Positions 1 through 9,914 of a stretch of 32,000 nucleotides of DNA are shown here, piece after piece. Source of the DNA: Polynucleobacter sp. MWH-Loch1C5. GTDB lineage: Bacteria > Pseudomonadota > Gammaproteobacteria > Burkholderiales > Burkholderiaceae. Below the pieces are notes generated by a model. It did no database searches, was not told the DNA's origin, and worked only from the letters and a program-made list of their open reading frames with translations. The translations under genes and the position numbers were made by a program. Each line of letters begins with the position of its first letter. Positions within the stretch are counted from its first letter, which is position 1. Location: positions 1,164,318 through 1,196,317 of the forward strand of contig NZ_JACVPR010000001.1 of assembly GCF_018881775.1 (NCBI RefSeq). The letters are read 5' to 3'.

Positions 1-3
1 TGA

Positions 4-768
4 TTAATCAGGATCGAAACAGGCTTTCCAGGTTGCAAAAAACGAACAGTACAAGACTGTGAGTGCTGCCATGGAATAAGGGGGGATGATGAATGGGATG
101 GCCACACGCATGCCCATGCCGTCGAGTAATGCCTCAAAGAAGAATGGCATGGCCACGATGATGATGGCCCAAATAATCATGTAGTAAATGAAAGCTCCTC
201 GGTTACTCCAGCAGGCAATCCAGCTCGAGAATAGCGCCTGACCTACAGACATCTTTCCCCAGGCGACCAAAAGGGGCGCAAACCACATAATCATGGCAAT
301 CGGCACGTATAGCAGTAGGCCAACACCTAAGCCAAAGTAAATACTCTCCACATCTCTGAGTGTTGGTGGTGATTGTTGCGTGAGGATGGTGAGTAGCTGT
401 TTAAAGTCAATGAAGGCGCTAGCAATTAGGCTCAAAATCAGAATCAAAAAAGCGTAAATAGTCCCGAGGGTCAGCAGATTTTTACGGACCAATGGGTCGA
501 CAGTTTTAAAGCCGGATAAATAGACTGTGGGGTAGACTCTCTCGCCTCTAATCACCATTTGGCAAGCTGTCATGAAGCCCACGGTTAAACCTGGCGTCAA
601 TACCAAAATAATAAAAACGCCAAAGACAGGTATCAAGATGGCGAACTGAGCGATAAAAATATACAGAAATACCAGCATTAAAAACGCCAAAGGGTTTTTC
701 TTGAACAGCCAAAAACCTTGGCGCATCCAGACATATCCATCAGAAGCAAAAGCGTGTTTAAGTTGCAT
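4..768 (-). CDS. Multi-pass inner-membrane protein of unknown function
   Basis: Complete 254-aa ORF with several long hydrophobic segments. It lies 9 bp downstream of thrB on the same strand. No catalytic motif recognised. Confidence 0.6.
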   Translation of the reverse strand: MQLKHAFASDGYVWMRQGFWLFKKNPLAFLMLVFLYIFIAQFAILIPVFGVFIILVLTPGLTVGFMTACQMVIRGERVYPTVYLSGFKTVDPLVRKNLLTLGTIYAFLILILSLIASAFIDFKQLLTILTQQSPPTLRDVESIYFGLGVGLLLYVPIAMIMWFAPLLVAWGKMSVGQALFSSWIACWSNRGAFIYYMIIWAIIIVAMPFFFEALLDGMGMRVAIPFIIPPYSMAALTVLYCSFFATWKACFDPD

Positions 769-776
769 AGCTGTGA

Positions 777-1760
777 TTAGACCGTAAATTCTTGATTTCG
801 TCTTGCGATGAGGACTCTCTCAAAGTGAGTAGGGTCATGCGGCGTGAGTAAGGCTGCATCTCGCGGCAGATAAAAATCCCACAGGCGAGAAATCCAAAAG
901 CGCAATGCCGCTGCACGCAGCATCAATGGCCAGGCTTTCATTTCAGCATCGCTGAGGGGGCGAACTAATTGATAGCTATTGATCAGCGCCTGATAACGAT
1001 CGCTCTGTAATTCACCGTTAGTTAAATCGATGCACCAGTCATTCGTTGTGACGGCTAAATCAAATAACCATTTGTCTGTACCGGCAAAATAAAAGTCAAA
1101 GAAGCCGCCGAGTTGATCCTCACCATGAACCTCATCAAACAAGACATTGTCTCTAAATAAGTCACAATGACTAGGCCCGCTAGGTAAAAGACTATAGTTG
1201 GCAGACTGAAAAAAATCACTTTGTGTTTTTAGCTCGCTCAGCAATAGTTCTTGTTGTTGCTTTTGTAGATAAGGTAAAACCGTCGGCACCGTTTCTTGCC
1301 ACCATCCGAGGCTACGTAAATTCGGTTGATGCATGGGGAAGTCCATACCTGCTAAATGCATGCGAGCCAGCATATCACCCACCAAGGCACAATGAGTCGC
1401 CTCGGGCTTCAGTTTTGAGCTGCCCTTGAGCTTGGTCACGATGGTAGCGGGTTTATTTTTAAGCTGGGAAAGTAGTTGGTTCTCGCGGTTACGAATTGGT
1501 GCTGGGACTTTAATAGCCTTCTTAGCTAAATGCTCCATCAAGTTGAGATAAAAAGGCAGCTGTTCGCTCGTTAAGCGCTCAAAAAGGGTGAGGACATATT
1601 CTGTTTTCTGGCCAGACTGATCCTCAACTTGTATAAAAAAGTTACTATTTTCAATACCCGAGCTGATACCCTGCAGACCTTTTAAACGGCCAAGGTGATC
1701 ATAGTGCTTAGCAAACCATGATTCGGCTTCTGTGAATGCGACTTCAGTAAAAACGGCCAT
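777..1760 (-). CDS. thrB: Homoserine kinase (aminoglycoside-phosphotransferase-fold type)
   Basis: 327-aa ORF with an N-terminal GIENSNFF loop and the HCDLFRDNVLF (HxDxxxxN) catalytic motif. The polA / small secreted ORF / thrB neighbourhood is typical of Pseudomonas and Burkholderiales. Confidence 0.85.
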   Translation of the reverse strand: MAVFTEVAFTEAESWFAKHYDHLGRLKGLQGISSGIENSNFFIQVEDQSGQKTEYVLTLFERLTSEQLPFYLNLMEHLAKKAIKVPAPIRNRENQLLSQLKNKPATIVTKLKGSSKLKPEATHCALVGDMLARMHLAGMDFPMHQPNLRSLGWWQETVPTVLPYLQKQQQELLLSELKTQSDFFQSANYSLLPSGPSHCDLFRDNVLFDEVHGEDQLGGFFDFYFAGTDKWLFDLAVTTNDWCIDLTNGELQSDRYQALINSYQLVRPLSDAEMKAWPLMLRAAALRFWISRLWDFYLPRDAALLTPHDPTHFERVLIARRNQEFTV

Positions 1761-1762
1761 GA

Positions 1763-2146
1763 TTAGAAGGGCAATTTGACAGAGGGAACGCGGTTCACGT
1801 CTTGATTTCGAATTTTTGGATTGGCACTATCTTGCGGGTTGCTCATTTCGTAGCGCGTGCCTACCCCAGTCTGTACGACGACCTCTGTGCTTTTACCGGA
1901 TTCGCGATATTCCTTAATTTTTGTACCATCAGCTTCTTGATGGGTAAAGCTAGGCTGTTTAGTGTCTGATTTGCCTGTTTCGGCTCGATTTTGAATGCTT
2001 GGAATAATGGGTTGTTGATTAATTTGCTTGAGCTCTTCGGCGCTTAATGCCTGCCCGGTTTGTGCGCTAAGTCCTTGACTAAAAACAACAAAAATGAGTG
2101 TTGCGAAAATCGCTACGGGTTTTTTCAAAGGGGTTCTTAGCATCAT
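1763..2146 (-). CDS. Small secreted protein (DUF2782-like, recalled from gene context)
   Basis: 127-aa ORF with an N-terminal signal peptide (KKPVAIFATLIFVVFSQGLSAQ). It sits between thrB and a divergent polA. The family name is from memory and unverified. Confidence 0.5.
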   Translation of the reverse strand: MMLRTPLKKPVAIFATLIFVVFSQGLSAQTGQALSAEELKQINQQPIIPSIQNRAETGKSDTKQPSFTHQEADGTKIKEYRESGKSTEVVVQTGVGTRYEMSNPQDSANPKIRNQDVNRVPSVKLPF

Positions 2147-2194
2147 GTTTTAAAAAAAATAGAAGAATAGACCTATCAATTGTACGATTGCGGG

Positions 2195-4981
2195 ATGTCT
2201 TTAGATTCTCTTTTACTGGTTGACGGTTCCAGTTATCTATACCGTGCTTTTCATGCCATGCCAGACCTTCGTAACTCGCAGGGATTTCCTACGGGTGCGA
2301 TTCAGGGCATGGTCAATATGATGCGCCGCGCCCGTGCAGATTTTCCAGCGAGTCACATCGCCTGTGTTTTTGATGCCAAGGGTAAAACCTTTCGTGATGA
2401 TATGTATCCTGAGTACAAGGCGAATCGTAGTTCTATGCCTGAGGATCTGGCCTTACAAATTGAGGCGATACATCAAGTGGTCAGTGCTTTAGGTTGGCCT
2501 GTACTCGTCGTACCAGGCATTGAGGCTGATGATGTGATTGGTACTTTGGCTTGCCAAGCTTCTCACTTAGGTTGGAGCACAGTGATCTCTACCGGTGATA
2601 AAGATCTAGCTCAGTTAGTCACGGATCAAGTGACATTAATTAACACCATGACTGCTGAAAAATTAGATGTGGCTGGTGTGACCCAAAAATTTGGTGTGCC
2701 CCCCAATCGAATTGTTGATTACCTGAGTATTACGGGGGATGCTGTTGATAACGTACCCGGTGTACATAAAGCGGGCCCCAAAACTGCTGTGAAGTGGCTC
2801 ACTGAGTTTGGCGATTTAGACACCTTGATGAGTCGGTCAGCGGAGGTAAAAGGGGTGGTGGGTGAAAATCTGCGCACGGCTTTACCGTGGCTACCCAAGG
2901 CGCGTGAGTTATTAACAGTGAAGACGGATTGTGATTTAAATGATCATGTACCGCATCTGGAGAAACTGCGAGCGGCACCTGAAGATCGTGATCGATTGAA
3001 GGAATTATTTACTCAATTTGAGTTTCGTTCTTTATTACGCGATCTTGAAAAACATACTCATCTCAGTGGCGATGCCCCTCTGCCACCTCAGGCCGTAGAG
3101 GGTGCCGGTGGTGCGAGCATCACGATCCCTGCTTCTGCAGACTTATTTGGTTATGTGGCAGAGCATGATGCACAGCCTATTGCTAGGCATTATGAGTGTG
3201 TCACTACCCTAGAGCAATTACAAAAATGGCTCCATCAAATTGAGACTGCAACTTTAACGAGTGTCGATACGGAAACGAATAGCTTAGATCCTATGCAAGC
3301 TGAGTTAGTGGGTATTTCTTTATCGTTAGAGTCGGGTCTTGCTTGCTATATTCCGGTAGCACATACCACCCATGAGCAACAATTGGATAAGCAAACAGTT
3401 TTAGACAAGCTTAAGCCATGGTTAGAGAGTGAGCATCATCACAAGTTAGGGCAAAACCTCAAATATGACTGGCATGTATTTAAAAATGTAGGCATCACTT
3501 TGCGAGGTATTGCGCATGACACGCTCTTGCAATCATATGTCTTAGAATCACATCGGTCCCATGATATGGATAGTTTGGCCAAGCGTCATTTAGGCGAGAC
3601 CACGATTAGCTATGAGCAAGTTTGTGGAAAAGGGGCTCATCAAATTACTTTTGATCAAGTTGCGCTAGAGCAAGCGACTGCTTATGCAGCCGAAGATGCT
3701 GACATTACTCTGCGCTTGCATCAAGCCTTGCAAAAAGGCATGCAGTCAGAGCCTCGCCTGAAAGAGGTTTATGAAAAGATCGAGATGCCTGCCATGAAAG
3801 TATTGGCTCGCATGGAGCGTGAGGGTATTTTGATTGATGTGGAGCGGCTCGGTAAGCAGGCACAAGAGTTAGGTCACCGCTTACTGTCTTTGGAAAAACA
3901 GATCCACGAGCTCGCTGGGCAGCCATTTAACATCCAGTCACCCAAGCAGATTGCTGAAATTTTATTTGAGCGCTTGGAGCTTCCTGTGGTGAAAAAAACG
4001 CCATCTGGAGCGCCGTCGACGGACGAAGAAGTCCTGCAAAAACTGGCTGAGAATTATCCATTGCCTGCCAAAATTTTAGAGTATCGAAGTTTGGCTAAAT
4101 TGCAATCGACCTATGTTGAAAAATTGCCACGTATGATTAACCCACAAACTGGACGAATTCATACGAGTTTTTCGCAGGCGGTTGCGGTCACTGGCCGTTT
4201 GGCATCGAGTGATCCCAATTTACAAAATATTCCGGTTCGAACCGAAGAAGGTCGCAAGATCAGAGAGGCATTTATTGCTCGACCTGGTTGTCAATTAGTT
4301 TCTGCGGACTATTCGCAGATTGAGTTACGCATCATGGCGCACATTGCTGAAGATGAAAACTTGTTAAAAGCATTTGCAGCAGGTGAGGATATTCATAAAG
4401 CGACCGCAGCAGAGATGTTTCATGTCTCTTTAGATCAGGTGAATACTGAGCAAAGACGTTATGCCAAAGTGATTAACTTTGGATTAATTTATGGCATGAG
4501 TGCATTTGGTTTGGCTGGTAATTTAGGCATTGAGCGCTCAGCGGCACAGCAATATATTGATACTTACTTTGCACGTTATCCTGGCGTTGCTCAATATATG
4601 GCACAAACTCGAGAACTCGCTAAAGCCAGAGGTTATGTTGAGACTGTCTTTGGACGCCGTTTATGGTTGCCTGAAATAAAGAGTCCTCAGGCCATGCGTC
4701 GTCAAGCAGCGGAGCGAGCAGCAATCAATGGGCCTATGCAAGGTACTGCTGCTGATTTGATTAAATTGGCCATGATTGCAGTTCAGAAATGGTTGGATGA
4801 AGAAGGCTTAAAATCGAAACTATTGTTACAAGTGCATGATGAATTGATATTGGAGACTCCGGAAGAAGAGTTGGCTTTAGTAAAAAAACATCTGCCTGAG
4901 CTAATGACTGGTGTGGCGCAATTAAAAGTGCCGCTCCTTGTTGAGGTAGGGGTGGGTATGAATTGGGAAGAGGCGCATTAG
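2195..4981 (+). CDS. polA: DNA polymerase I
   Basis: 5'-nuclease N-terminus (LLLVDGSSYLYRAFHA), 3'-5' exonuclease motif (VDTETNSLD), and polymerase motifs A (DYSQIELRIMAH), B (RRYAKVINFGLIYG) and C (QVHDELI). ATG at 2195 is preferred over the TTG at 2180 used by the ORF track. Confidence 0.97.
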   Translation: MSLDSLLLVDGSSYLYRAFHAMPDLRNSQGFPTGAIQGMVNMMRRARADFPASHIACVFDAKGKTFRDDMYPEYKANRSSMPEDLALQIEAIHQVVSALGWPVLVVPGIEADDVIGTLACQASHLGWSTVISTGDKDLAQLVTDQVTLINTMTAEKLDVAGVTQKFGVPPNRIVDYLSITGDAVDNVPGVHKAGPKTAVKWLTEFGDLDTLMSRSAEVKGVVGENLRTALPWLPKARELLTVKTDCDLNDHVPHLEKLRAAPEDRDRLKELFTQFEFRSLLRDLEKHTHLSGDAPLPPQAVEGAGGASITIPASADLFGYVAEHDAQPIARHYECVTTLEQLQKWLHQIETATLTSVDTETNSLDPMQAELVGISLSLESGLACYIPVAHTTHEQQLDKQTVLDKLKPWLESEHHHKLGQNLKYDWHVFKNVGITLRGIAHDTLLQSYVLESHRSHDMDSLAKRHLGETTISYEQVCGKGAHQITFDQVALEQATAYAAEDADITLRLHQALQKGMQSEPRLKEVYEKIEMPAMKVLARMEREGILIDVERLGKQAQELGHRLLSLEKQIHELAGQPFNIQSPKQIAEILFERLELPVVKKTPSGAPSTDEEVLQKLAENYPLPAKILEYRSLAKLQSTYVEKLPRMINPQTGRIHTSFSQAVAVTGRLASSDPNLQNIPVRTEEGRKIREAFIARPGCQLVSADYSQIELRIMAHIAEDENLLKAFAAGEDIHKATAAEMFHVSLDQVNTEQRRYAKVINFGLIYGMSAFGLAGNLGIERSAAQQYIDTYFARYPGVAQYMAQTRELAKARGYVETVFGRRLWLPEIKSPQAMRRQAAERAAINGPMQGTAADLIKLAMIAVQKWLDEEGLKSKLLLQVHDELILETPEEELALVKKHLPELMTGVAQLKVPLLVEVGVGMNWEEAH

Positions 4982-5006
4982 TGTTTCAATCAATCAGGAG
5001 GCAATT

Positions 5007-5924
5007 ATGAAAACAAAGATTACGCAAGATATGGTGGCAGACACAGCAGCACTATTGGCAAGTGATACAGCTCGTCGCCGAGACTTTTTAAAAGTGGGCG
5101 CAGGCATTGCCTTGGGTGCTGGTTATGTTGCAGCAGCTGATCCTGTCATGGCGCAAGCGATTAAGACAGATTTCAATGGTATTAAAGGCGAGGAAGTGTC
5201 ATACAAGTCCTTGGGTGTTGATGTACCTGCTTACGTTTCTAAGCCAGAAAAACCAGCTAAAAACGGTTTTCCCGTAGTGATTGTTGTGAGTGAGATTTTT
5301 GGTGTCCATGAGTACATTGCTGATGTGACGCGACGTTTTGCTAAACAAGGCTATATGGCGATTGCCCCCGAGTTTTTTGTGCGCGCGGGTGATCCCAACC
5401 TCTTGGGCACTGTGGCAGAAATACAAAAAGAAATCGTAGGTAAGACACCCGATGAGCAAGTGATGGCAGATATTCGTGCAGCCATTGCTTGGGCTGGAAA
5501 AAATGGCGGTGATACTCGTCGGGTTGGCATCACTGGCTTTTGTTGGGGCGGCAGAATTACTTGGTTAGCTGCTGCTCAGGTGGCTGAGATTAAGGCCGGT
5601 GTGGCTTGGTATGGTCGCTTGGTTGGTGACAAAACACCCAATAACCCACTGCACCCAGTTGATTTGGCTGCTCAAATCAAGGCACCAGTTCTTGGTTTAT
5701 ATGGTTCTGCTGACACAGGTATTCCTTTGGATACGGTCGACGCTATGAAAAAAGCGCTGCTAGCAGCCCCACAAAATCGTGCTGCTCAACAATCGCTTTT
5801 TGAAATTTATCCAGATGCACCACATGCCTTCCATGCGGATTACCGTAATACCTATCGCGAGGGACCTGCTAAAGATGGTTGGCAAAAATGTCTCGACTGG
5901 TTTAAAAAGCAAGGGGTTGTATGA
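5007..5924 (+). CDS. Dienelactone hydrolase family protein with Tat signal
   Basis: 305-aa ORF preceded by an AGGAGG Shine-Dalgarno. Twin-arginine leader RRRDFLKVGAG...VMAQA. Alpha/beta-hydrolase nucleophile elbow GFCWGG and C-terminal PHAF. Confidence 0.8.
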   Translation: MKTKITQDMVADTAALLASDTARRRDFLKVGAGIALGAGYVAAADPVMAQAIKTDFNGIKGEEVSYKSLGVDVPAYVSKPEKPAKNGFPVVIVVSEIFGVHEYIADVTRRFAKQGYMAIAPEFFVRAGDPNLLGTVAEIQKEIVGKTPDEQVMADIRAAIAWAGKNGGDTRRVGITGFCWGGRITWLAAAQVAEIKAGVAWYGRLVGDKTPNNPLHPVDLAAQIKAPVLGLYGSADTGIPLDTVDAMKKALLAAPQNRAAQQSLFEIYPDAPHAFHADYRNTYREGPAKDGWQKCLDWFKKQGVV

Positions 5925-6709
5925 CCTTGATGTGGATTATCCTAGCTACCACGGTGGCTGGGGTGTTGAGTATCTCAGCGGCAGCGAGTCTGTCGCTGAC
6001 GGTACTTTCAAAAATGGTCGATCGCATGGTCAGCCTATCAGTTGGCGTCTTATTGGCCACTGCTTTACTGCATAGCCTGCCAGAAGCCTTTACGACCCCT
6101 AATGTTGATATCACCTCACTTTTTGTAGCGCTATTGGTTGGCTTGCTTGGTTTTTTTATTCTTGAAAAAGCAGCACTCTTGCGCCATTCTCATCATCATG
6201 AGCACGATGGCCATGGCCACCATCATGGTCACGATAAGGAATCTGCCGGGCGTAGTGGTTGGGTCATTCTTTTAGGTGATGGCTTGCATAATTTTGCTGA
6301 TGGCATTTTGATTGCAGCGGCTTTTTTAGCCGATCCTCACATCGGGGTTCTGACTGCCATTGCCATTGCTTTGCATGAGATTCCGCAGGAGGTCGGAGAT
6401 TTTATTGTTCTCATGAATGCAGGATTTACACGGACTCGTGCTTTGGTCTATAACTTCTTAGCAAGCATGATGGCTGTTTTAGGCGGTGTTTTAGGTTACT
6501 TTTTCCTAGACAGCACGACGCATTTAATTCCTTACGTGATAGTTTTAGCTTCAAGTAGCTTTATCTATATTGCTGTGAGTGATTTGATGCCTCAAATGCA
6601 TCGACGCCCTCGTTTGAGAGAATCTATGGAGCAGGTCGTCTTGATTGCTTTAGGTGTTGCTTTGGTACTCTTGGTTTCTGAAATTGCTCATTGGGGCCAT
6701 GCCCATTAG
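5921..6709 (+). CDS. ZIP family divalent-metal transporter
   Basis: 262-aa multi-pass ORF with a His-rich loop (HSHHHEHDGHGHHHGHD) and the ZIP signature HEIPQEVGDF. Its ATG overlaps the stop of the upstream gene (ATGA). Confidence 0.85.
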   Translation: MTLMWIILATTVAGVLSISAAASLSLTVLSKMVDRMVSLSVGVLLATALLHSLPEAFTTPNVDITSLFVALLVGLLGFFILEKAALLRHSHHHEHDGHGHHHGHDKESAGRSGWVILLGDGLHNFADGILIAAAFLADPHIGVLTAIAIALHEIPQEVGDFIVLMNAGFTRTRALVYNFLASMMAVLGGVLGYFFLDSTTHLIPYVIVLASSSFIYIAVSDLMPQMHRRPRLRESMEQVVLIALGVALVLLVSEIAHWGHAH

Positions 6710-7542
6710 TTTTTAGCAATCGGTCGAGTGGGTTCGCTGCACCACTCGCTCCAACTTCCCGCATAGAGTTTTGCAGAGTCAATGCCAGCAAGGGCCATGG
6801 CAAAAATATTATGACAAGCAGTCACGCCTGAACCGCACTGATGCACCAGTTCTAAGTCAGAGCTGAGTGCTTTAAATTCCTCTGCTAATACTTGGGGGTC
6901 TTTAAAGAGACCATGGCTATCTAAGTTATTTCTAAAAAAGCGATTCAGGGCACCTGGGATATGACCACCTACCGGATCTAGTGTTTCATTTTCACCCATG
7001 AAACGATCTGGCGCGCGTGCATCTAGGATCTGAAATTGTCGATCTTGAAGATTTGCAAGTACAGCGGCGCTATTGATGACGCCGTGAAACGGCTCTACGT
7101 CTAACTGCTCAGTTGTTGGATGATACTGGGTGCCACTGTCGGTGGGCAGGCCAGCCTTGAGCCAAGATTCAAAACCACCATTGAGAACTTGAACGCGCTG
7201 GATGCCTGAGGCTTTGAGCATCCACCACATTCTGCAAGCAAAGGCTCCGTACTGATGATCGTAGATGACGATGCTTTGCTGATGGGTAATGCCAAGACGA
7301 AGGCAAGTCTGATGCCATGATGAAAAATCGGGCAATGGATGGCGACCGTTATGACCATTTTTCGGGCCAGATAAATCACGATCTAGGTGAACATACGCTG
7401 CGCCAGGGATATGCCCCATTAGATAGGCATCATGACCACTCTCAGGTTTTGCTAAATCAAAGCGGCAGTCATAGATCAGGGGTGCCTGATGGTTTTGGAT
7501 TTGTGCCCATAATTCAGCAGCGTTAATCAGAGGTGAGTTCAT
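6706..7542 (-). CDS. sseA: 3-mercaptopyruvate/thiosulfate sulfurtransferase (tandem rhodanese)
   Basis: Two rhodanese domains and the active-site loop CGSGVTAC. ATG at 7542 (MNSPL...) is chosen because it overlaps the stop of the upstream Rieske gene (ATGA). The longer ORF-track start would overlap that gene by 37 bp. Confidence 0.85.
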   Translation of the reverse strand: MNSPLINAAELWAQIQNHQAPLIYDCRFDLAKPESGHDAYLMGHIPGAAYVHLDRDLSGPKNGHNGRHPLPDFSSWHQTCLRLGITHQQSIVIYDHQYGAFACRMWWMLKASGIQRVQVLNGGFESWLKAGLPTDSGTQYHPTTEQLDVEPFHGVINSAAVLANLQDRQFQILDARAPDRFMGENETLDPVGGHIPGALNRFFRNNLDSHGLFKDPQVLAEEFKALSSDLELVHQCGSGVTACHNIFAMALAGIDSAKLYAGSWSEWCSEPTRPIAKN

Positions 7543-8645
7543 GAATTTTCGTAGGCCATCACTTTGCGATACCACTCATGAAAGTGTTGCATACCATCTT
7601 CCATAGGGGATTGATAGGGCCCCACTTCATTTTCGCCACGCTCGAACAATGCTTTACGACCCGCATCCATGCGTTCAGCAATTTCATCATCTTCGATACA
7701 GGTTTCCATGTAAGCGGCACGTTCAGCTTCGATGAACTCGCGTTCGAATAGGGCGATTTCTTCTGGGTAATAAAACTCAACAATATTGCGCGTCTTATTA
7801 ATTCCCATTGGTTGTAATGTGGAGATACATAAAACACCGGGATACCACTCCACCATGATGTTGGGGTAGTAGGTCAGCCAGACTGCGCCATATTTTGGCA
7901 GTTGACCATTGTGATGACGCAAGACGGCTTCATGCCAGCGCGCATAGGTGGGTGAGCCAGCCTGTTGTAAGCCTTTATGAATACCGACAGTCTGAACGCT
8001 AAACCAGTCTTCAAATTGCCACTGTAAGTCATTGCACTCGACAAACTTCCCAAGACCTGGATGAAATGGTACTACGTGATAGTCCTCGAGATAGACTTCG
8101 ATAAATGTTTTCCAGTTGTAGTTACAGTCATGTACTTCAACATGATCAAGCATATAACCGGAAAAATCCAAGTCTTTGGCAATGCCTAAGTTTTTTAAAT
8201 CTTGATGCACATCGCGCGGACCTTCAAAGAGTAAACCTTGCCAATTTTGTAGAGGTGTCTTACCTAGGTTCAAGCAAGGCTGTTCTGCAAAATGAGGCGC
8301 ACCCATCAGTTCGCCGTTGAGTTGATATGTCCAGCGATGGAGTGGGCAAACAATATTTTGTGTATGACCTTTGCCATTGAGCATGATTGCTTGACGATGG
8401 CGGCATACGTTAGACAATAATTCAACACCCTGCGTGTTGCGAACTAGAACTCGACCCTCATTTTCAGCGCTTAAAGTTTGGTAATCCCCAATTTCAGGCA
8501 CCATAAGTTCATGCCCAATATAACCTGGGCCTTGTTTGAACAGTAGTTCAATTTCCTTGTTGTAGAGCTCAGTATCGAAATAAGCCGATACTGGCAGTTG
8601 TAGCTTGGACGGCGCAAGATGCTGCGCGGTAGCTAGATTAGTCAT
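7539..8645 (-). CDS. Rieske [2Fe-2S] aromatic-ring-hydroxylating oxygenase alpha-subunit-like protein
   Basis: Rieske motif CRHRQ...(17 aa)...CPLHRW followed by a C-terminal catalytic-type domain. The start is ambiguous between ATG 8645 and GTG 8654. Confidence 0.8.
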   Translation of the reverse strand: MTNLATAQHLAPSKLQLPVSAYFDTELYNKEIELLFKQGPGYIGHELMVPEIGDYQTLSAENEGRVLVRNTQGVELLSNVCRHRQAIMLNGKGHTQNIVCPLHRWTYQLNGELMGAPHFAEQPCLNLGKTPLQNWQGLLFEGPRDVHQDLKNLGIAKDLDFSGYMLDHVEVHDCNYNWKTFIEVYLEDYHVVPFHPGLGKFVECNDLQWQFEDWFSVQTVGIHKGLQQAGSPTYARWHEAVLRHHNGQLPKYGAVWLTYYPNIMVEWYPGVLCISTLQPMGINKTRNIVEFYYPEEIALFEREFIEAERAAYMETCIEDDEIAERMDAGRKALFERGENEVGPYQSPMEDGMQHFHEWYRKVMAYENS

Positions 8646-8800
8646 TCTTCCCACCCCCGATAAAAAAGTCAGCCGAAGCTAAGCGGAACAACCAATCCAA
8701 CCATCGACAGGTCGATATTGGAAAGGGAAAATGATTATACCCGTGCTAAAGCCTTAAAATTGCTACGTATATTGTTTTGCGTCAACAAATTGGACGATTT

Positions 8801-9022
8801 ATGCCTAAAAAACCAGCCTTACCCATTGAGTTCAACGATGACATGCCATACGAAGAGGCGATTGCTCAATTGGAGCAACTGATTGCTCGTATGGAGTCAG
8901 GTCAGTTGAGTTTGGAAGATACCTTAAAAGCCTACCAAGAGGGTGCGGCTCTCTTAAAGCATTGTCAGGCTGTTTTGCAAAAGGTAGAGCATCAAGTCAA
9001 AGTATTTCAGGCTGCCCCGTGA
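8801..9022 (+). CDS. xseB: Exodeoxyribonuclease VII small subunit
   Basis: 73-aa coiled-coil protein (YEEAIAQLEQLIARMESGQLSLEDTLKAYQEGAALLKHC). It is the first gene of the conserved xseB-ispA-dxs cluster. Confidence 0.9.
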   Translation: MPKKPALPIEFNDDMPYEEAIAQLEQLIARMESGQLSLEDTLKAYQEGAALLKHCQAVLQKVEHQVKVFQAAP

Positions 9023-9903
9023 CTCATCTTCCATCAGAGCTTGAGCAAGCTGCATGCACGATCGAGCAGCGCTTACAAGATACTTTTAAACAATCATCGC
9101 TAGCTCCCCGTTTATGGGAAGCGATGGAATATGCCGTCATGGGTGGCGGTAAACGTATTCGCCCACAATTGGTGTTAGCTTCGGCAGCCCTGAATGGCCG
9201 GGGTTTGCTACAAGAAGCTGCTTTAGACGCGGCTGTGGCGATCGAGTTGTTTCATACCTACTCGCTAGTACATGATGATTTACCTGCGATGGACAACGAT
9301 GATTTTCGTCGTGGTCGCCCCACCGTTCACAAAGTTTTTGATGAAGCTACAGCGATCTTGGTAGGAGATGCGCTACAAACATTAGCTTTTGAAACTATTT
9401 TGCAATCTCAGCACATCGGGTATGAGCAAAAAGTTGATATCTTGACTGTCATGACTCAAGCGGGTGGGGCTGAGGGCATGGCCGGTGGTCAAGCCATTGA
9501 TTTGGAGCATGTGGGGCAGGCGATGGGTTTGACTGAGCTTGAGCAAATGCATCGCATGAAAACGGGCGCTTTGCTCAGGGCATCTGCTGTGATGGGCGGT
9601 ATTGCGGGTGGCTTGGGACGAGCCCAGATTGACGCTTTAGATCGTTATGCAAGTCATTTAGGGTTGGCATTCCAAGTCGTAGATGATGTCTTAGACGCCA
9701 CGATGGACTCGGCTACATTGGGTAAAACAGCCGGAAAAGATGCCCTTGCAGAAAAGCCAACCTATGTCTCTTTATTAGATTTGGACAAGGCGAGAGCTTT
9801 TGCGAGAAAATTACACCTTGCCGCTATTGCGGAAATTAAAGACGAGGACCATGCCAGTTTCTTGTTAGCAATTGCTGATAGAGTAGTTGAGCGTTCCAAT
9901 TAA
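9019..9903 (+). CDS. ispA: Farnesyl-diphosphate synthase
   Basis: First Asp-rich motif [14 protein letters not shown] and second motif VVDDVLD. GTG at 9019 overlaps the xseB stop (GTGA). The upstream part of the ORF-track ORF overlaps xseB and is probably not translated. Confidence 0.9.
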   Translation: MTHLPSELEQAACTIEQRLQDTFKQSSLAPRLWEAMEYAVMGGGKRIRPQLVLASAALNGRGLLQEAALDAAVAIELFHTYSLVHDDLPAMDNDDFRRGRPTVHKVFDEATAILVGDALQTLAFETILQSQHIGYEQKVDILTVMTQAGGAEGMAGGQAIDLEHVGQAMGLTELEQMHRMKTGALLRASAVMGGIAGGLGRAQIDALDRYASHLGLAFQVVDDVLDATMDSATLGKTAGKDALAEKPTYVSLLDLDKARAFARKLHLAAIAEIKDEDHASFLLAIADRVVERSN

Positions 9904-9914
9904 CTGGCCATCAT

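Noticed and set aside
2180-2194. ORF-track N-terminal extensions (polA TTG 2180; also ispA 8962, folE2 11717, xseB 8777, cytochrome c' 29005, copZ 29950, the 21645 and 22988 starts)
   Set aside because: The downstream ATG or GTG starts have better Shine-Dalgarno spacing, avoid overlap with the upstream gene, and match the usual N-termini of these families.
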